Origin: a virus
Taxonomy: Duplodnaviria > Caudoviricetes
DNA: 64,000 nucleotides
IMG/VR virus record: IMGVR_UViG_3300031414_000007
Span: 128,001-192,000 of that record
Direction: 5' to 3' (one strand)
Shown here in pieces: positions 19,862 to 29,700 of this stretch (positions are counted from its first letter, which is position 1; the number at the start of each line of letters is the position of its first letter). Made by a program: the position numbers and the translations under genes. The notes under the pieces were generated by a model. The model saw nothing but the letters and a program-made list of their open reading frames with translations, was not told the DNA's origin and did not search any database.

Positions 19862-20307
19862 TAATCACCTTTGTCAGTTACGAGAATAGGACTCTCAGGA
19901 GTCTTGTGTGGCATAGCAAAGAAACTACCATGCTCGTCTCGATAAATTAGCAGACCCCCAGAAGGACCTTCGATAGGACAGGTGAAGTTGTATAGTTTTT
20001 CGAGCGGAGGCATGTAGCCTACAGTCACTGCGTTAAACGTACACCACTTCGCGGAGACTTCAAGCAGTGAGCCAACAACAGTGTCGGCTAGGCGCAGATA
20101 CGATTGCTTGAAGTGGTAGCTATGTTCTATAGGCGCAACGCTATCAATATCCAGCGAGTCACCATACACAGCTTTATAAATCAGACAGAAACGACGACGC
20201 CCGCGCGGGGCATTAGGTATTTCATACAGAACATCATGTATGAGCGAACAAACGTCCCCAATGAGGACGTTTTTCTTAATAGCCAGTTTGGCCAGACGTG
20301 CCGTCAT
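19861..20307 (-). CDS. Hypothetical protein
   Basis: 148 aa, coupled to both neighbours. Confidence 0.55.
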   Translation of the reverse strand: MTARLAKLAIKKNVLIGDVCSLIHDVLYEIPNAPRGRRRFCLIYKAVYGDSLDIDSVAPIEHSYHFKQSYLRLADTVVGSLLEVSAKWCTFNAVTVGYMPPLEKLYNFTCPIEGPSGGLLIYRDEHGSFFAMPHKTPESPILVTDKGD

Positions 20308-21482
20308 GCTGGCAGATACCCAAAGTACAACAGCGTGTGCGTGTCGAACTTATAGTTCAGGCTGAATGCGTTCAGGCTATTGATGTTCGCACCATGGAAG
20401 CCCATGTTGTGTCGTTCTTCACGCCCGATGTTACGCAGCAACTCACGGATGATACGCATGTCAAGCGAGGTACTAAACTCTTTCTCAACAGGCTTCGCCA
20501 GCTTCAAGCTGTCCTGCACACTACCGCTATCGTTACCAAACTTGAGTTTGAACTCTTGCTTCTTAACTAGGAGCTTCGCGTTCGTGTTACCTTTCTTCTC
20601 AATCAACGTCGAGATGTTGGCGAACGGTGCAGACAGGTCACCCTTAATCACACAACCAATCAGCGGCTTGCCGAGCTGTGCAATCATGTTGTCCATGTAA
20701 CGATAGTCTTCATCGCTTGCCTGAATCGGAGGCAGTGTCAGAACAAACGACTCCGCTTCGGCTGCGAATGAACTGCTGTCTACGTGGAACGTTACCTTCT
20801 CTTCTCCGCAGAAGCGATAAATCAAATCGAACATTTCGCCAGTCAGACTGAAACGGAACGGCTTCACTTTCTTTTTCAGTGCAGCGCGATAGCGAGATGA
20901 AGTCCAGTGACCAGGACTGACGAGGCTCAGGCTCTCACCGTCACAGATAACACGACACATCACGGTCTGGCCTGTGATTGTATCTTTCAACCGAGTCAGC
21001 TTAACGCCCTGAGTCATCGCGTCGATAACTTCACGCGTCATCTCATGGCCACCTTCGATATGGTGATGCAGACCCTGTTCGACCATTGGAATCTGCTCGG
21101 CCGATACCGGACGCAGTTTCACTTCTGCTTTGTACTTGCCTTTCTGTTCGCTGATGTTCAACGTCTTACCGTCGAACTCAACGTTCAGCTCTTTACGCTT
21201 GCTGATCAGACCGGTCAACTGAATCGGGTCGATGTTCATTACCGTGTCAGCGTCGGCGGTCGCGCCGGGAACGAGATAAGCGACGAAGGTATCGGGAGTA
21301 CGACCCAGAACGAACACGTCGGACTTATACGTCACCAGCAGGTGGATGTGAGTCAGCTTGTCGTCCGACTCAGAGAAACGCGTTACGCTATCAACACGTT
21401 TAAGAATATCTGACAGGAACGTACCGTTCAGCGTTAGGCTGCATTTCTTAGCGGGGTTCTTCGGCAATCGACAAGTCTTCAT
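20304..21482 (-). CDS. DNA polymerase sliding clamp (DnaN/beta-like)
   Basis: 392 aa (beta-clamp size). Repeating alpha/beta three-domain pattern. In an operon with the polymerase, and a DnaX-like loader is in the window. Confidence 0.65.
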   Translation of the reverse strand: MKTCRLPKNPAKKCSLTLNGTFLSDILKRVDSVTRFSESDDKLTHIHLLVTYKSDVFVLGRTPDTFVAYLVPGATADADTVMNIDPIQLTGLISKRKELNVEFDGKTLNISEQKGKYKAEVKLRPVSAEQIPMVEQGLHHHIEGGHEMTREVIDAMTQGVKLTRLKDTITGQTVMCRVICDGESLSLVSPGHWTSSRYRAALKKKVKPFRFSLTGEMFDLIYRFCGEEKVTFHVDSSSFAAEAESFVLTLPPIQASDEDYRYMDNMIAQLGKPLIGCVIKGDLSAPFANISTLIEKKGNTNAKLLVKKQEFKLKFGNDSGSVQDSLKLAKPVEKEFSTSLDMRIIRELLRNIGREERHNMGFHGANINSLNAFSLNYKFDTHTLLYFGYLPA

Positions 21483-21741
21483 CTCTATCCTCTAAAACAA
21501 ATTGTAGTGTGCCCTGTATATTTACAGCATTGAGGCGTTTGCCGGATGCTGCAATCAGGCCATTCAGAACGCCAACGAAGTCAGCGCTGTAACAGTCAGG
21601 TGCTATCTGGTGAACATAAATATCATCAGGCACGTCACCCGGGTTAAGCTGCCAAGCAGTACGCAAGGCAGCACCCATGAATGCCGGACGTTCTACCAGA
21701 TGCTTGTTCAGGAATGAACATACATCTTCGGCCGTCATCAT
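21448..21741 (-). CDS. Hypothetical protein
   Basis: 97 aa, 4-nt overlap with the polymerase stop. Confidence 0.5.
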   Translation of the reverse strand: MMTAEDVCSFLNKHLVERPAFMGAALRTAWQLNPGDVPDDIYVHQIAPDCYSADFVGVLNGLIAASGKRLNAVNIQGTLQFVLEDRDEDLSIAEEPR

Positions 21742-24700
21742 TTTTTCGCAATCCCCTTAAGAGCAGATTTGAGCATAGACTTACTGAGTTTGATTTTCTT
21801 CTTAGGCGCGGCTCCCTCTGTAGATGCAGCGGCTTTCTTCGCAGCTTCTTCCGCTTTGTACTTCTCGAACGTTTTAATGTTCTTCGGAAGTTCTGCCAGC
21901 CACTCCTTGATGTTCTTCTTGTCCTTGTTGGTGAGAGGATTAACTTTGTCCATGCTACGAATTTTAATATCGTTAGCCCAAAGCTGTTTCTTCATCCAAT
22001 CGGACATGAGATGATACTGGTCTTCCATAATGCTGTCCAGTGTCTTCTCAACATCGAGGTCTTTCTCACCCAGCTCGTCACGCTTAATCTCAAGTCCGTC
22101 TTTAATGAGCTTCCTGAGTTGAACGTAAGAGAAGTTCCAACCCTGCACGTCTTTCTCTGACGCACCGATTTCAAAGTCAATCTCAGGTACGGACGTGAAC
22201 TCAAACCCTTCGTGACGCTTCTGCACAACTTCGACCACTGCGCTGGTCATCGCACGTTCGATCATATCGAGCGCAAGGAAGATCCATTTGTAATCGCAGT
22301 CAACGGTCAAGGAGTCGTGTACAGATACGTTCATGTCAAAGTCAGGGTACTCGCCGTTCGCTTTCCAATACTCATACTTCATACGGTCCAGAATACGAAT
22401 CGCGGACATCATCAGGTCAGAACCGAAGCCCTGAACTGGACTGTTTACCGCACGGCGGTCACACGCTGCATGAACCATATTGGCTTCACGATGCGACTCA
22501 GGTAACATCAGGCCCCATAGATGGCGACGACGACCAACCGGCGACTCAACAAAGAAGTTCTCATGTGCAAACTTCTTAATCTTATCGAACCATTTTAAGC
22601 CTACCGGGAATCGTGTTAAGAACTTGCCTTTGATTTCTGCAATCTCAGACACTTCACGCCCTGTTGACTTCGCAAGACCTTTATCACCCTGCTGATAGAT
22701 CAGGCCGAAGATTACGGTCTTAACCGCGTTACGTACGGACTTGGTTACGTCCATTACGTTTGGAATACCGAAGAAGTAAGCGGCGTTGATTTTGTGAACG
22801 TCACCCTCAGCTTCGACGCGGTGCTCAATCCATGGGTCCGGTACTGTACGGAAACGATGACGCAGCTTACGGCCTTGCTCAAATACGTCTGCAACGCCCT
22901 GGTCACCTGAGATGATTGACCAACCACGAACTTCGTGCGCCGAGTAGTCGACCTTGATAAGCAGGCGATTCTTACGCGCAATCAGAATACGTTTGATCAA
23001 CTTACCCATCTCACTACGAGACGGTACCTGTTGCAAGTTCGGGTCAGACGCTGAGGTACGACCCGTTACAACTCCAAGATAACCATACGTCGGTCTGATT
23101 GAACGGTCATGTTTGAAGTCTTCTGATTCACCCCAGAGCTTGAGCAGGCTGTTAACGTAGGCGTTCTTGAGCTTGTACGCTTTACCGAGTTTGGTGTAGA
23201 GGGACACAAGCGGTATATCAGCATACGCTGCCTGGAAGTCCTTGTCGAGCTTACCCGCCTTCTTGCCGTTCTCACGTAACTGTTCCCCTTCTTTCAGAGG
23301 CTTGAGCTTCATCACATCGAAGAACAGAATCTGTTTGTGTTCCGACTTCGACATATCGAACTTGGTCACTTCGACTTTGCCCATAAGACCCATCTTAGGA
23401 ACATTGTCGTCTTTGCAAATAACCTTGTTCGCAGCCTTAACCTCAGGGCTGTTCATGAACTCACGCTCTACGTTTCGAATTTCTTCGTTGATAGGGCTGT
23501 TCGGTAGGTTGAGCTTAAACAGGTAATCAATGTCTGCGCCTGCACCTGTCGTTTCAAGAATCGAGAACGCATGAATCTGGTCGGAGATTTGCTCACTGAC
23601 CATCGACTCATACTTCTTGTATTTAATATCGTTGGCTCGCTTTTGCTGTTGCTCTGCAATACGGAACGGAACGATAACGTCGAGACCCGCATACTCCTGC
23701 ACCGATTCGTCGAGGTCAACGTCTGCGATTGTCGCTCGCATCTCTTTACCGAACGACACTTCGTGGTACACCTGACAACCAAACTGCATCGTCAGGTTAG
23801 CCAAGTTATAATAACCGCTACCGGTAACGTTCAACAACGACTTGGCGTTTTCATCGAACGCAAACTCACCCGCCTGAATATCCCAAACGTTTGCTGCATA
23901 ACTACGAATGCCGAAGTTAGAGCGCATTACGTTCAGGTCGAACTTCGCGTTGGTGTAGATTTGATACTTGTTATCGTTGTCCTCGAAATAATCTTTGAAC
24001 AACTCACTTACCCTACGCAGTTCTTTCGGACTGAATGGACTGTCACGGTGATAGATAGGAACAACATACGCCTTCTGACCGTCAGATGATAACTGCACCG
24101 TCAAGATTTTATTCTTAATACGATTCAGGTTCTCTGTTTCGGTATCGACTGCAACCTTCTTGGCGCGCTTCATACGCTTCAAGATTTTCTCAAGTTGCTT
24201 GACCTTCGTTACATACACGAGGTCCCAGTTACGCTTCTTACCACACGTAACTTCATCGATCTTATAGCGCATCCCCTTGTTAAGCCACGGCAACATCCAG
24301 CGAGCCATGTAGCCTAACGTATACGATGAACCTTTGATGTGCATCGGGTTCAACACGGTGTGATAGCTGACGTTCGGCACATGGATAAAGCTGTGCTTCT
24401 TACCGTCGTACTTCACCTTCGTTGGAATCTCAACACCGTACCAGTGCTCGTAGTGATCTTTCGAGAACTGTATTTTCTCGCTGTTCAGTGCTTTGAACGG
24501 CGCTTTGCCGAAAGTCAGAACATAGTCTGGCTTGTACTCAACAATCAAATCACGAATACGATCCGCAAACGCTTGGTCTGCGTCTTCTTTGAACTGCTCG
24601 CCCTTGTCATACGTCTTGAACATGTTGTACGAGACAACAAGGAAGTTCCAGTCGTCAAGAGTTGTCTTGGTCGGAAACGTATCTTCAAGATACTGCATCT

Positions 24701-24908
24701 GATTCAGGAACAACTCACCTTCCGTACTACTGAATATTTTGCCGCTACGCAAATCTTCGGTAGGCATATGGTCTAGGACGAGAAGTGCTTTACCACCTTT
24801 GGCACTTTTACTTATGTGTTTTAGTATTCGAACACCGTCATACGTCTGCTGGTCAGCAAACTGTTCAGGTGGATCGAAGTCAAGAGCTACGTGCTTGATT
24901 TTCACCAT
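21738..24908 (-). CDS. polA: Family A DNA polymerase with N-terminal UDG-like domain and 3'-5' exonuclease
   Basis: Exo I AVDTETE, Exo II NAKFDL, Exo III YAGLD, TGRTSASDPNLQQVP, motif A VDYSAHEVR, motif B RNAVKTVIFGLIY, NSPVQG, motif C VHDS. Confidence 0.95.
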   Translation of the reverse strand: MVKIKHVALDFDPPEQFADQQTYDGVRILKHISKSAKGGKALLVLDHMPTEDLRSGKIFSSTEGELFLNQMQYLEDTFPTKTTLDDWNFLVVSYNMFKTYDKGEQFKEDADQAFADRIRDLIVEYKPDYVLTFGKAPFKALNSEKIQFSKDHYEHWYGVEIPTKVKYDGKKHSFIHVPNVSYHTVLNPMHIKGSSYTLGYMARWMLPWLNKGMRYKIDEVTCGKKRNWDLVYVTKVKQLEKILKRMKRAKKVAVDTETENLNRIKNKILTVQLSSDGQKAYVVPIYHRDSPFSPKELRRVSELFKDYFEDNDNKYQIYTNAKFDLNVMRSNFGIRSYAANVWDIQAGEFAFDENAKSLLNVTGSGYYNLANLTMQFGCQVYHEVSFGKEMRATIADVDLDESVQEYAGLDVIVPFRIAEQQQKRANDIKYKKYESMVSEQISDQIHAFSILETTGAGADIDYLFKLNLPNSPINEEIRNVEREFMNSPEVKAANKVICKDDNVPKMGLMGKVEVTKFDMSKSEHKQILFFDVMKLKPLKEGEQLRENGKKAGKLDKDFQAAYADIPLVSLYTKLGKAYKLKNAYVNSLLKLWGESEDFKHDRSIRPTYGYLGVVTGRTSASDPNLQQVPSRSEMGKLIKRILIARKNRLLIKVDYSAHEVRGWSIISGDQGVADVFEQGRKLRHRFRTVPDPWIEHRVEAEGDVHKINAAYFFGIPNVMDVTKSVRNAVKTVIFGLIYQQGDKGLAKSTGREVSEIAEIKGKFLTRFPVGLKWFDKIKKFAHENFFVESPVGRRRHLWGLMLPESHREANMVHAACDRRAVNSPVQGFGSDLMMSAIRILDRMKYEYWKANGEYPDFDMNVSVHDSLTVDCDYKWIFLALDMIERAMTSAVVEVVQKRHEGFEFTSVPEIDFEIGASEKDVQGWNFSYVQLRKLIKDGLEIKRDELGEKDLDVEKTLDSIMEDQYHLMSDWMKKQLWANDIKIRSMDKVNPLTNKDKKNIKEWLAELPKNIKTFEKYKAEEAAKKAAASTEGAAPKKKIKLSKSMLKSALKGIAKK

Positions 24909-24947
24909 CTAGTCCTATCAGAGTGTGTAACGCAAATCGATGGCTGT

Positions 24948-24956
24948 TATTTACAG
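24948..24956 (-). promoter_or_regulatory. CTGTAAATA motif (representative of 11 copies), putative phage-specific promoter for replication genes
   Basis: Copies at 15633, 21519, 24948, 34287, 41658, 44168 and 52773 (exact) and 55382, 55723, 59390 and 61574 (CTGTAAA core), each 7-41 nt upstream of a minus-strand start codon. Confidence 0.75.
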
Positions 24957-24967
24957 ATTTAGAAATG

Positions 24968-24994
24968 AAAAAGGGCACCCGAAGGCACCCTTTT
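24968..24994 (-). terminator. Rho-independent terminator
   Basis: Minus strand GGGTGCC-TTCG-GGTGCCC-TTTTT. Confidence 0.85.
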
Positions 24995-25003
24995 GGTTAA
25001 ATA

Positions 25004-26146
25004 TTACAGCGTAGATACGGTCGCACGAAACACCTGATACGCGCTCTGATAATCAGAGAATGTACCCAGCTGCTCAAATGCAGACTTAGGCAGATCGCTC
25101 GGTGCGCCCGCGGACGAATCATACTTGGCAACAGTGAACGTACCACGACCACGAGCCTGTTTGATAGAGCCAGTCATTGTCGCAGTCGGTCCGAACACAA
25201 CACCCGTCTTGCTACCGGCACCCATCACAAGGATGCAATCTTCATCACCACCCATGTTAGCAACGGTAGCAGTCACGCTACGTTTCGGCGCAGGCAGTTG
25301 CATGGCTTTGAACATAGCTCTTACGTTCTCACCATCACCACCCTTCATCAGCGCAGCATACAGGAAGTCATAGCCGTTAGCGCTCGATGCGTTGCTGGTG
25401 CTAGGCATTCGAAGTTCAGCGGCAGTGCGCTCGCCTTTCTTAGCGGCCGCAGCAATCTCAGCGTCAGTTGCATCTTTGGTGGCCAGCAGTTTGATGACGT
25501 TTTTGATTGAACGCAGTTCGCCCAGATGAATCTGAACCTTCTTGACCTTTTTAAGATGGTCACCGACGAAGGTCATCAACCAGCCTTTCTGCTGCATGAC
25601 AACAGCCACTTCCAGTTTCTTATACTGGAAAGAGAACTGCTTGCCGGAAGCATATAAGAACTTACCAGCACCCGCAACAGGCTCAACAGCGCGGATGAAG
25701 TCAGGCGCATAGTCACGCGCATCGCTTCTGATCAGACTGGAGTACGCAGGAGAGAACGTGCCTACGGTAGTTACCGGAGCCTGCGGCTTCCCAGCACGAG
25801 GCTTAGCGACGACTTTGTTCGGGTCAGTTGCTTTGATCTTGATTGCACGAAGACCGTTAATGGTAGCCACCAGCGTCTTGGCTTTATACAGGTTCTTCAT
25901 CGCAGTGACAAGATTCTTGCCAGCAGCTTTCTTCGCAAGAGCGGTAGTTGCTTCTGCGTCGTTCAGCAGGTCAAGGACAGCGGACAGCTTCGCAGTGTCC
26001 AGCTCTTTGATTTTAACCAGCTCGTCAATCTTCTTAACGATAAGTTTTGCGTTCTTACCGAAAAGGATTTCAGCGTTGGCGATCTGCGTTTTGTTCGCAG
26101 CAGAGACCGACACAACAGTGCCGGACGGGAGAGTGATTTCGTGCAT
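25004..26146 (-). CDS. Lys/Ala-rich basic protein, putative internal head protein
   Basis: 380 aa, K/A-rich, with a VSVSA motif near the N-terminus. Confidence 0.55.
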   Translation of the reverse strand: MHEITLPSGTVVSVSAANKTQIANAEILFGKNAKLIVKKIDELVKIKELDTAKLSAVLDLLNDAEATTALAKKAAGKNLVTAMKNLYKAKTLVATINGLRAIKIKATDPNKVVAKPRAGKPQAPVTTVGTFSPAYSSLIRSDARDYAPDFIRAVEPVAGAGKFLYASGKQFSFQYKKLEVAVVMQQKGWLMTFVGDHLKKVKKVQIHLGELRSIKNVIKLLATKDATDAEIAAAAKKGERTAAELRMPSTSNASSANGYDFLYAALMKGGDGENVRAMFKAMQLPAPKRSVTATVANMGGDEDCILVMGAGSKTGVVFGPTATMTGSIKQARGRGTFTVAKYDSSAGAPSDLPKSAFEQLGTFSDYQSAYQVFRATVSTL

Positions 26147-26155
26147 TGCTGTTCC

Positions 26156-26722
26156 TTAACGTTTCTTGTTGGTCCAGTTGTTCTGCTTAACAGGCGCAGG
26201 TGAGGTGTTCTCTTCCGTGATTTCGTCGTCGGCGTCTTCTTCCTCTTCCTCGACGTCATCTACTTCCTGCTCCGGCTCAGGTTGCGGTTCAGCCTGTTTA
26301 ACAGGAGTAGTCTCCATCACAGACGCAGCGAGAGGTGCCTGAGACACAGTATTTACAGTAGCAACCGGCTCTGCCTCTACGGCCTGACGCGCTTTAGCTA
26401 CTTCACCAACAGCGTGTTCGTGAATAACGTCAGTGGTAAGCAACGCACCCTTATCCTTCAGGATTGCATCTGCTTTCTCTTGATCCCATTGATCCCACAG
26501 GATATCAAGAGTCTTGTAGCCATAGTTCATGCCCTTCGGCAGCTTACCGCGACCATTGAACGGCAGCCCATTAGAAGGAGTAGCTGGCTCGAACTCGTCC
26601 ATCATCTCCCACTTACGTTTAGCTTCGATACACTTCGGGCCCCAGACGCCATCGCAGGCACCGTCGTACAGACCAAGCATGGTCATGATGACCTGTAGCT
26701 TCTGATAGAATTTGTTCAGCAT
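26156..26722 (-). CDS. Peptidoglycan-binding-domain protein with acidic low-complexity tail
   Basis: LQVIMTMLGLYDGACDGVWGPKCIEA resembles PG_binding_1 (LQ..L..LG.Y.G..DG.FG..T..A). Tail EPEPEQEVDDVEEEEEDADDE. Confidence 0.65.
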   Translation of the reverse strand: MLNKFYQKLQVIMTMLGLYDGACDGVWGPKCIEAKRKWEMMDEFEPATPSNGLPFNGRGKLPKGMNYGYKTLDILWDQWDQEKADAILKDKGALLTTDVIHEHAVGEVAKARQAVEAEPVATVNTVSQAPLAASVMETTPVKQAEPQPEPEQEVDDVEEEEEDADDEITEENTSPAPVKQNNWTNKKR

Positions 26723-26738
26723 AACGTGTTGTCCTATT

Positions 26739-26763
26739 AAAGAAGGAGGGGCCGAAGCCCCTT
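26739..26763 (-). terminator. Probable terminator
   Basis: Minus strand AGGGGC-TTCG-GCCCCT followed by CCTTCTTT. Confidence 0.6.
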
Positions 26764-26768
26764 ACCTT

Positions 26769-29700
26769 TTAGACTGATTTGTTTTTCGACATGGTCAATT
26801 TCAACTTGTCGAGTGCGCCAGTGACCTTCTTGATGTTCGTGACGGTGTAGCCTGCTTTCACGATCTTATTGATACGTGCTTTTGCAGTAGCCGCATTCTT
26901 CACGAACCCAATCCACATACCTGGCGCCTGGTCGAACGTACCGAACTTACGAGTGTTCGGGATTTTCGTGCCGACGAAGCGTTTCATCTGCGGGTTGGTC
27001 TTCAGGTCGAACATGATACGCAGTCTGTCTTCCATGATCATCGGGTATGCCTTGACGTGTTTCTTATCGGAGGCAGACTTGTGACGAACGAGGAAGAACT
27101 TCGGCAGTTGCTCTTGACCTTTCGTTGCCAGCTTGACGTTGAAGCCCATACGCGGAGTAGACTCGTCAAAGAAGTCCAGTACGAACTCCAGACGCTTCTC
27201 CGACATACGGTCGAATTCCAGCTTCTTCTTAACTTCGATGAAGTCCAGCATCGCTTCAAAGTCAGCGTAGTACGCACAGTCGTAGTAAACGTAATCGCCG
27301 AACTCAACGAACTCGAAGTCCTTGAGTGCTTTCGCATCAGGGTCAGTCGCGTTCGCATACAGTGCCACAAATCCGTTGTACACGGTAGGAGTCAGCTCCA
27401 GTGCCATATCAGCACCAGTCGCTTCTGCAACAGCTTTCGCACCAGGCTTCATACGAGTCGTAGTGTTAGCCAAAGGAGGCAGGTCAGCAGACTTACGGCG
27501 ACGAACTTTCTTGGCAGCTTCTTCAACACCTTCGTTGATTGGCTTACCAGTCTCTTTGTTCGAAGCGCGTTTGGCAGCACGGGCAGCTTTACGCGCCTGA
27601 GCTTCAACCTTCTTCTCTGTCTCTTTCGTATCAGCCGTCTGCGTTTCATCAGCAACGGTGTCTTCAACTTCAACACGGTTAGCTTCTGCGTTTGCACGTT
27701 TGCGATCTTTCTCGTTCGCCCACGGCTTACGCTGTTCAAAGAAACGTTTCAGGTCGTTCTTGTCTACCTTAGTGGCAATGTGAACTTTGGTCGCAGGAAT
27801 TGCAACGGTCTCACCAGAGCCAGCCAGACGAACACGAACGGTACTGATAGGACTATCGCCACGCAGCTTGCCGTCAACCATACGCACAGTCACAGACACG
27901 ACAACACCGTTACCGAACTCAGTCACGACAGGTGCACGATTCAGAGAATCTTTCAGCCCTTCGCCGCTAGTGAAGTTACGGTTACGCGCCCAATCTAACA
28001 GACGCTCAGTGCCCCAGCCATTACGATCAGGGATCTTCTGGTTAGCAACAAGCGGAGTCTGATCCATCACGCGGAAGTCAGTCAGAGCCGGAGTAGCTGG
28101 CAGAGCCTGCATTGCTGCAACCGTTGTACGGCGCATCTCCTGGAACTCTTGAGATTCGATTTCGTTCAGGTCACGCTTCGCAAGGAAGTAGTCACCGAAG
28201 TCTTCCATCGTGTTGTTGTCGATCAGCAGCTTCGCGCTCATTTTGATCGGGTCGAGCTTGTACTGATCGAGTGCTTCGTAACGCTGGTTGCCTTTCTCGT
28301 CGAAGCGAGTCTTCTCCAGAGTTTTCCACATCAGACGAGCAACCTTACCAACCTCCAAGGTCTTGTTCGTCATAACCCAGTCGATGAACACAACTTCACG
28401 AGCCATGTCACCCGGCTTACCGTTCTCGTCCAGCTTCGCAGCAGCAACGTCAGGACGGAAGATACGCGCAGTAGACTGATCGTAAGTACCCGGTGACCAC
28501 GGAGTATCGCAGCGGATGATGCGGCTACCCATCTGCATGTTGTGGCCTTCGGAGATTGCCTGCTCGTTCGCAATCAGAATCTGGACGTTGTTGTCAGTTT
28601 TGAATGCGTCGAGGTTAGCGTCTTTGTTCTGACCCAGCTTACCAACTTCACCATGATACACCACAGCAACTTTCTTATAGTTGGCTGGCAGTGCGTTGTA
28701 GATGGCGTTTGCTGCACGAACGTAACGCGTAAAGACAATCAACTTGCCCTGTACTTCTGGCTTCCAGTAGTCCGGATCGTCCGGAGGCGGAACCATTGAA
28801 GGCGGCAGCGCTTGACGCTTGAACTCTTCGGACTGCTTACGTGCCAGATACTTCTGACCGTTATAGACAGCAATGTCCAGTTCACGCGGCTCTACGCCTG
28901 GCTTCCATTCGAAGATCTGTTGCTCGCCGATCATGCGGTCGCGTTCTGGCTGCACTTCGAAGTGCTTACGAATACGGTCGATGATGGTCAGCACTTTCGC
29001 AGAAACGAAGTTGGTAACGCCAGCGGCTTCAAACGTCATGCGAGCAACGTCATCACCCATCGGGTCAGTCAGCATCATTTCCATGCGCTGGAAGTACATG
29101 TTCAGGTCAGCGTTGCTTGCCAGCAGTGCGCCTAAATCATCACCCTCTTCGATCTCGTCTTCGTCAATATCGTCAGCGGCCGTGGCTTCTGCACCACCAG
29201 CTTCGTCGTCATCGTCATCGCTGCTACCGGCTTTCTTCTTCGCAGACTTGGCAGCTTCGTCCAACTTCTCCAGCACTTCTGCGTACATTGCGTTATACAC
29301 TTCCTGGTGCAGCGCAGAGTTTGGAACTGACGGATCATCGATCTCAACCTGAATGAAGGTATCAATCGGGTTCGGCAGCATGAACGCCCAATGCTTACGC
29401 TTGAACGAGATGAACGCTGTATGGTTTGCCATACGTGAGTGCGCACGACGAATCATTTCAATGTCGTCTTTCGCGCCGTCATATGCAACGTCCAGTGAGT
29501 CACCGAACATAGCAGGCGTCATCAGTGCAGCCTGACCAACAATATCACGCACACGGTCAGTTACCAGCGTACCAGTAGCGATACGTGCATAGCGAACGGA
29601 CGGAGCAGTGAACACCGCTTTGGTGTTGAAGTGAACCTGAGAGCCAGCCTGACCACCAGAGAAGTTCTTCACTTTATGCGACTCGTCGAGCAGCACATAG

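Noticed and set aside
21738-24908. Possible intein or intron in PolA, helicases or DnaX
   Set aside because: Motif spacing is normal and continuous. No C...HN intein ends or LAGLIDADG blocks were seen.
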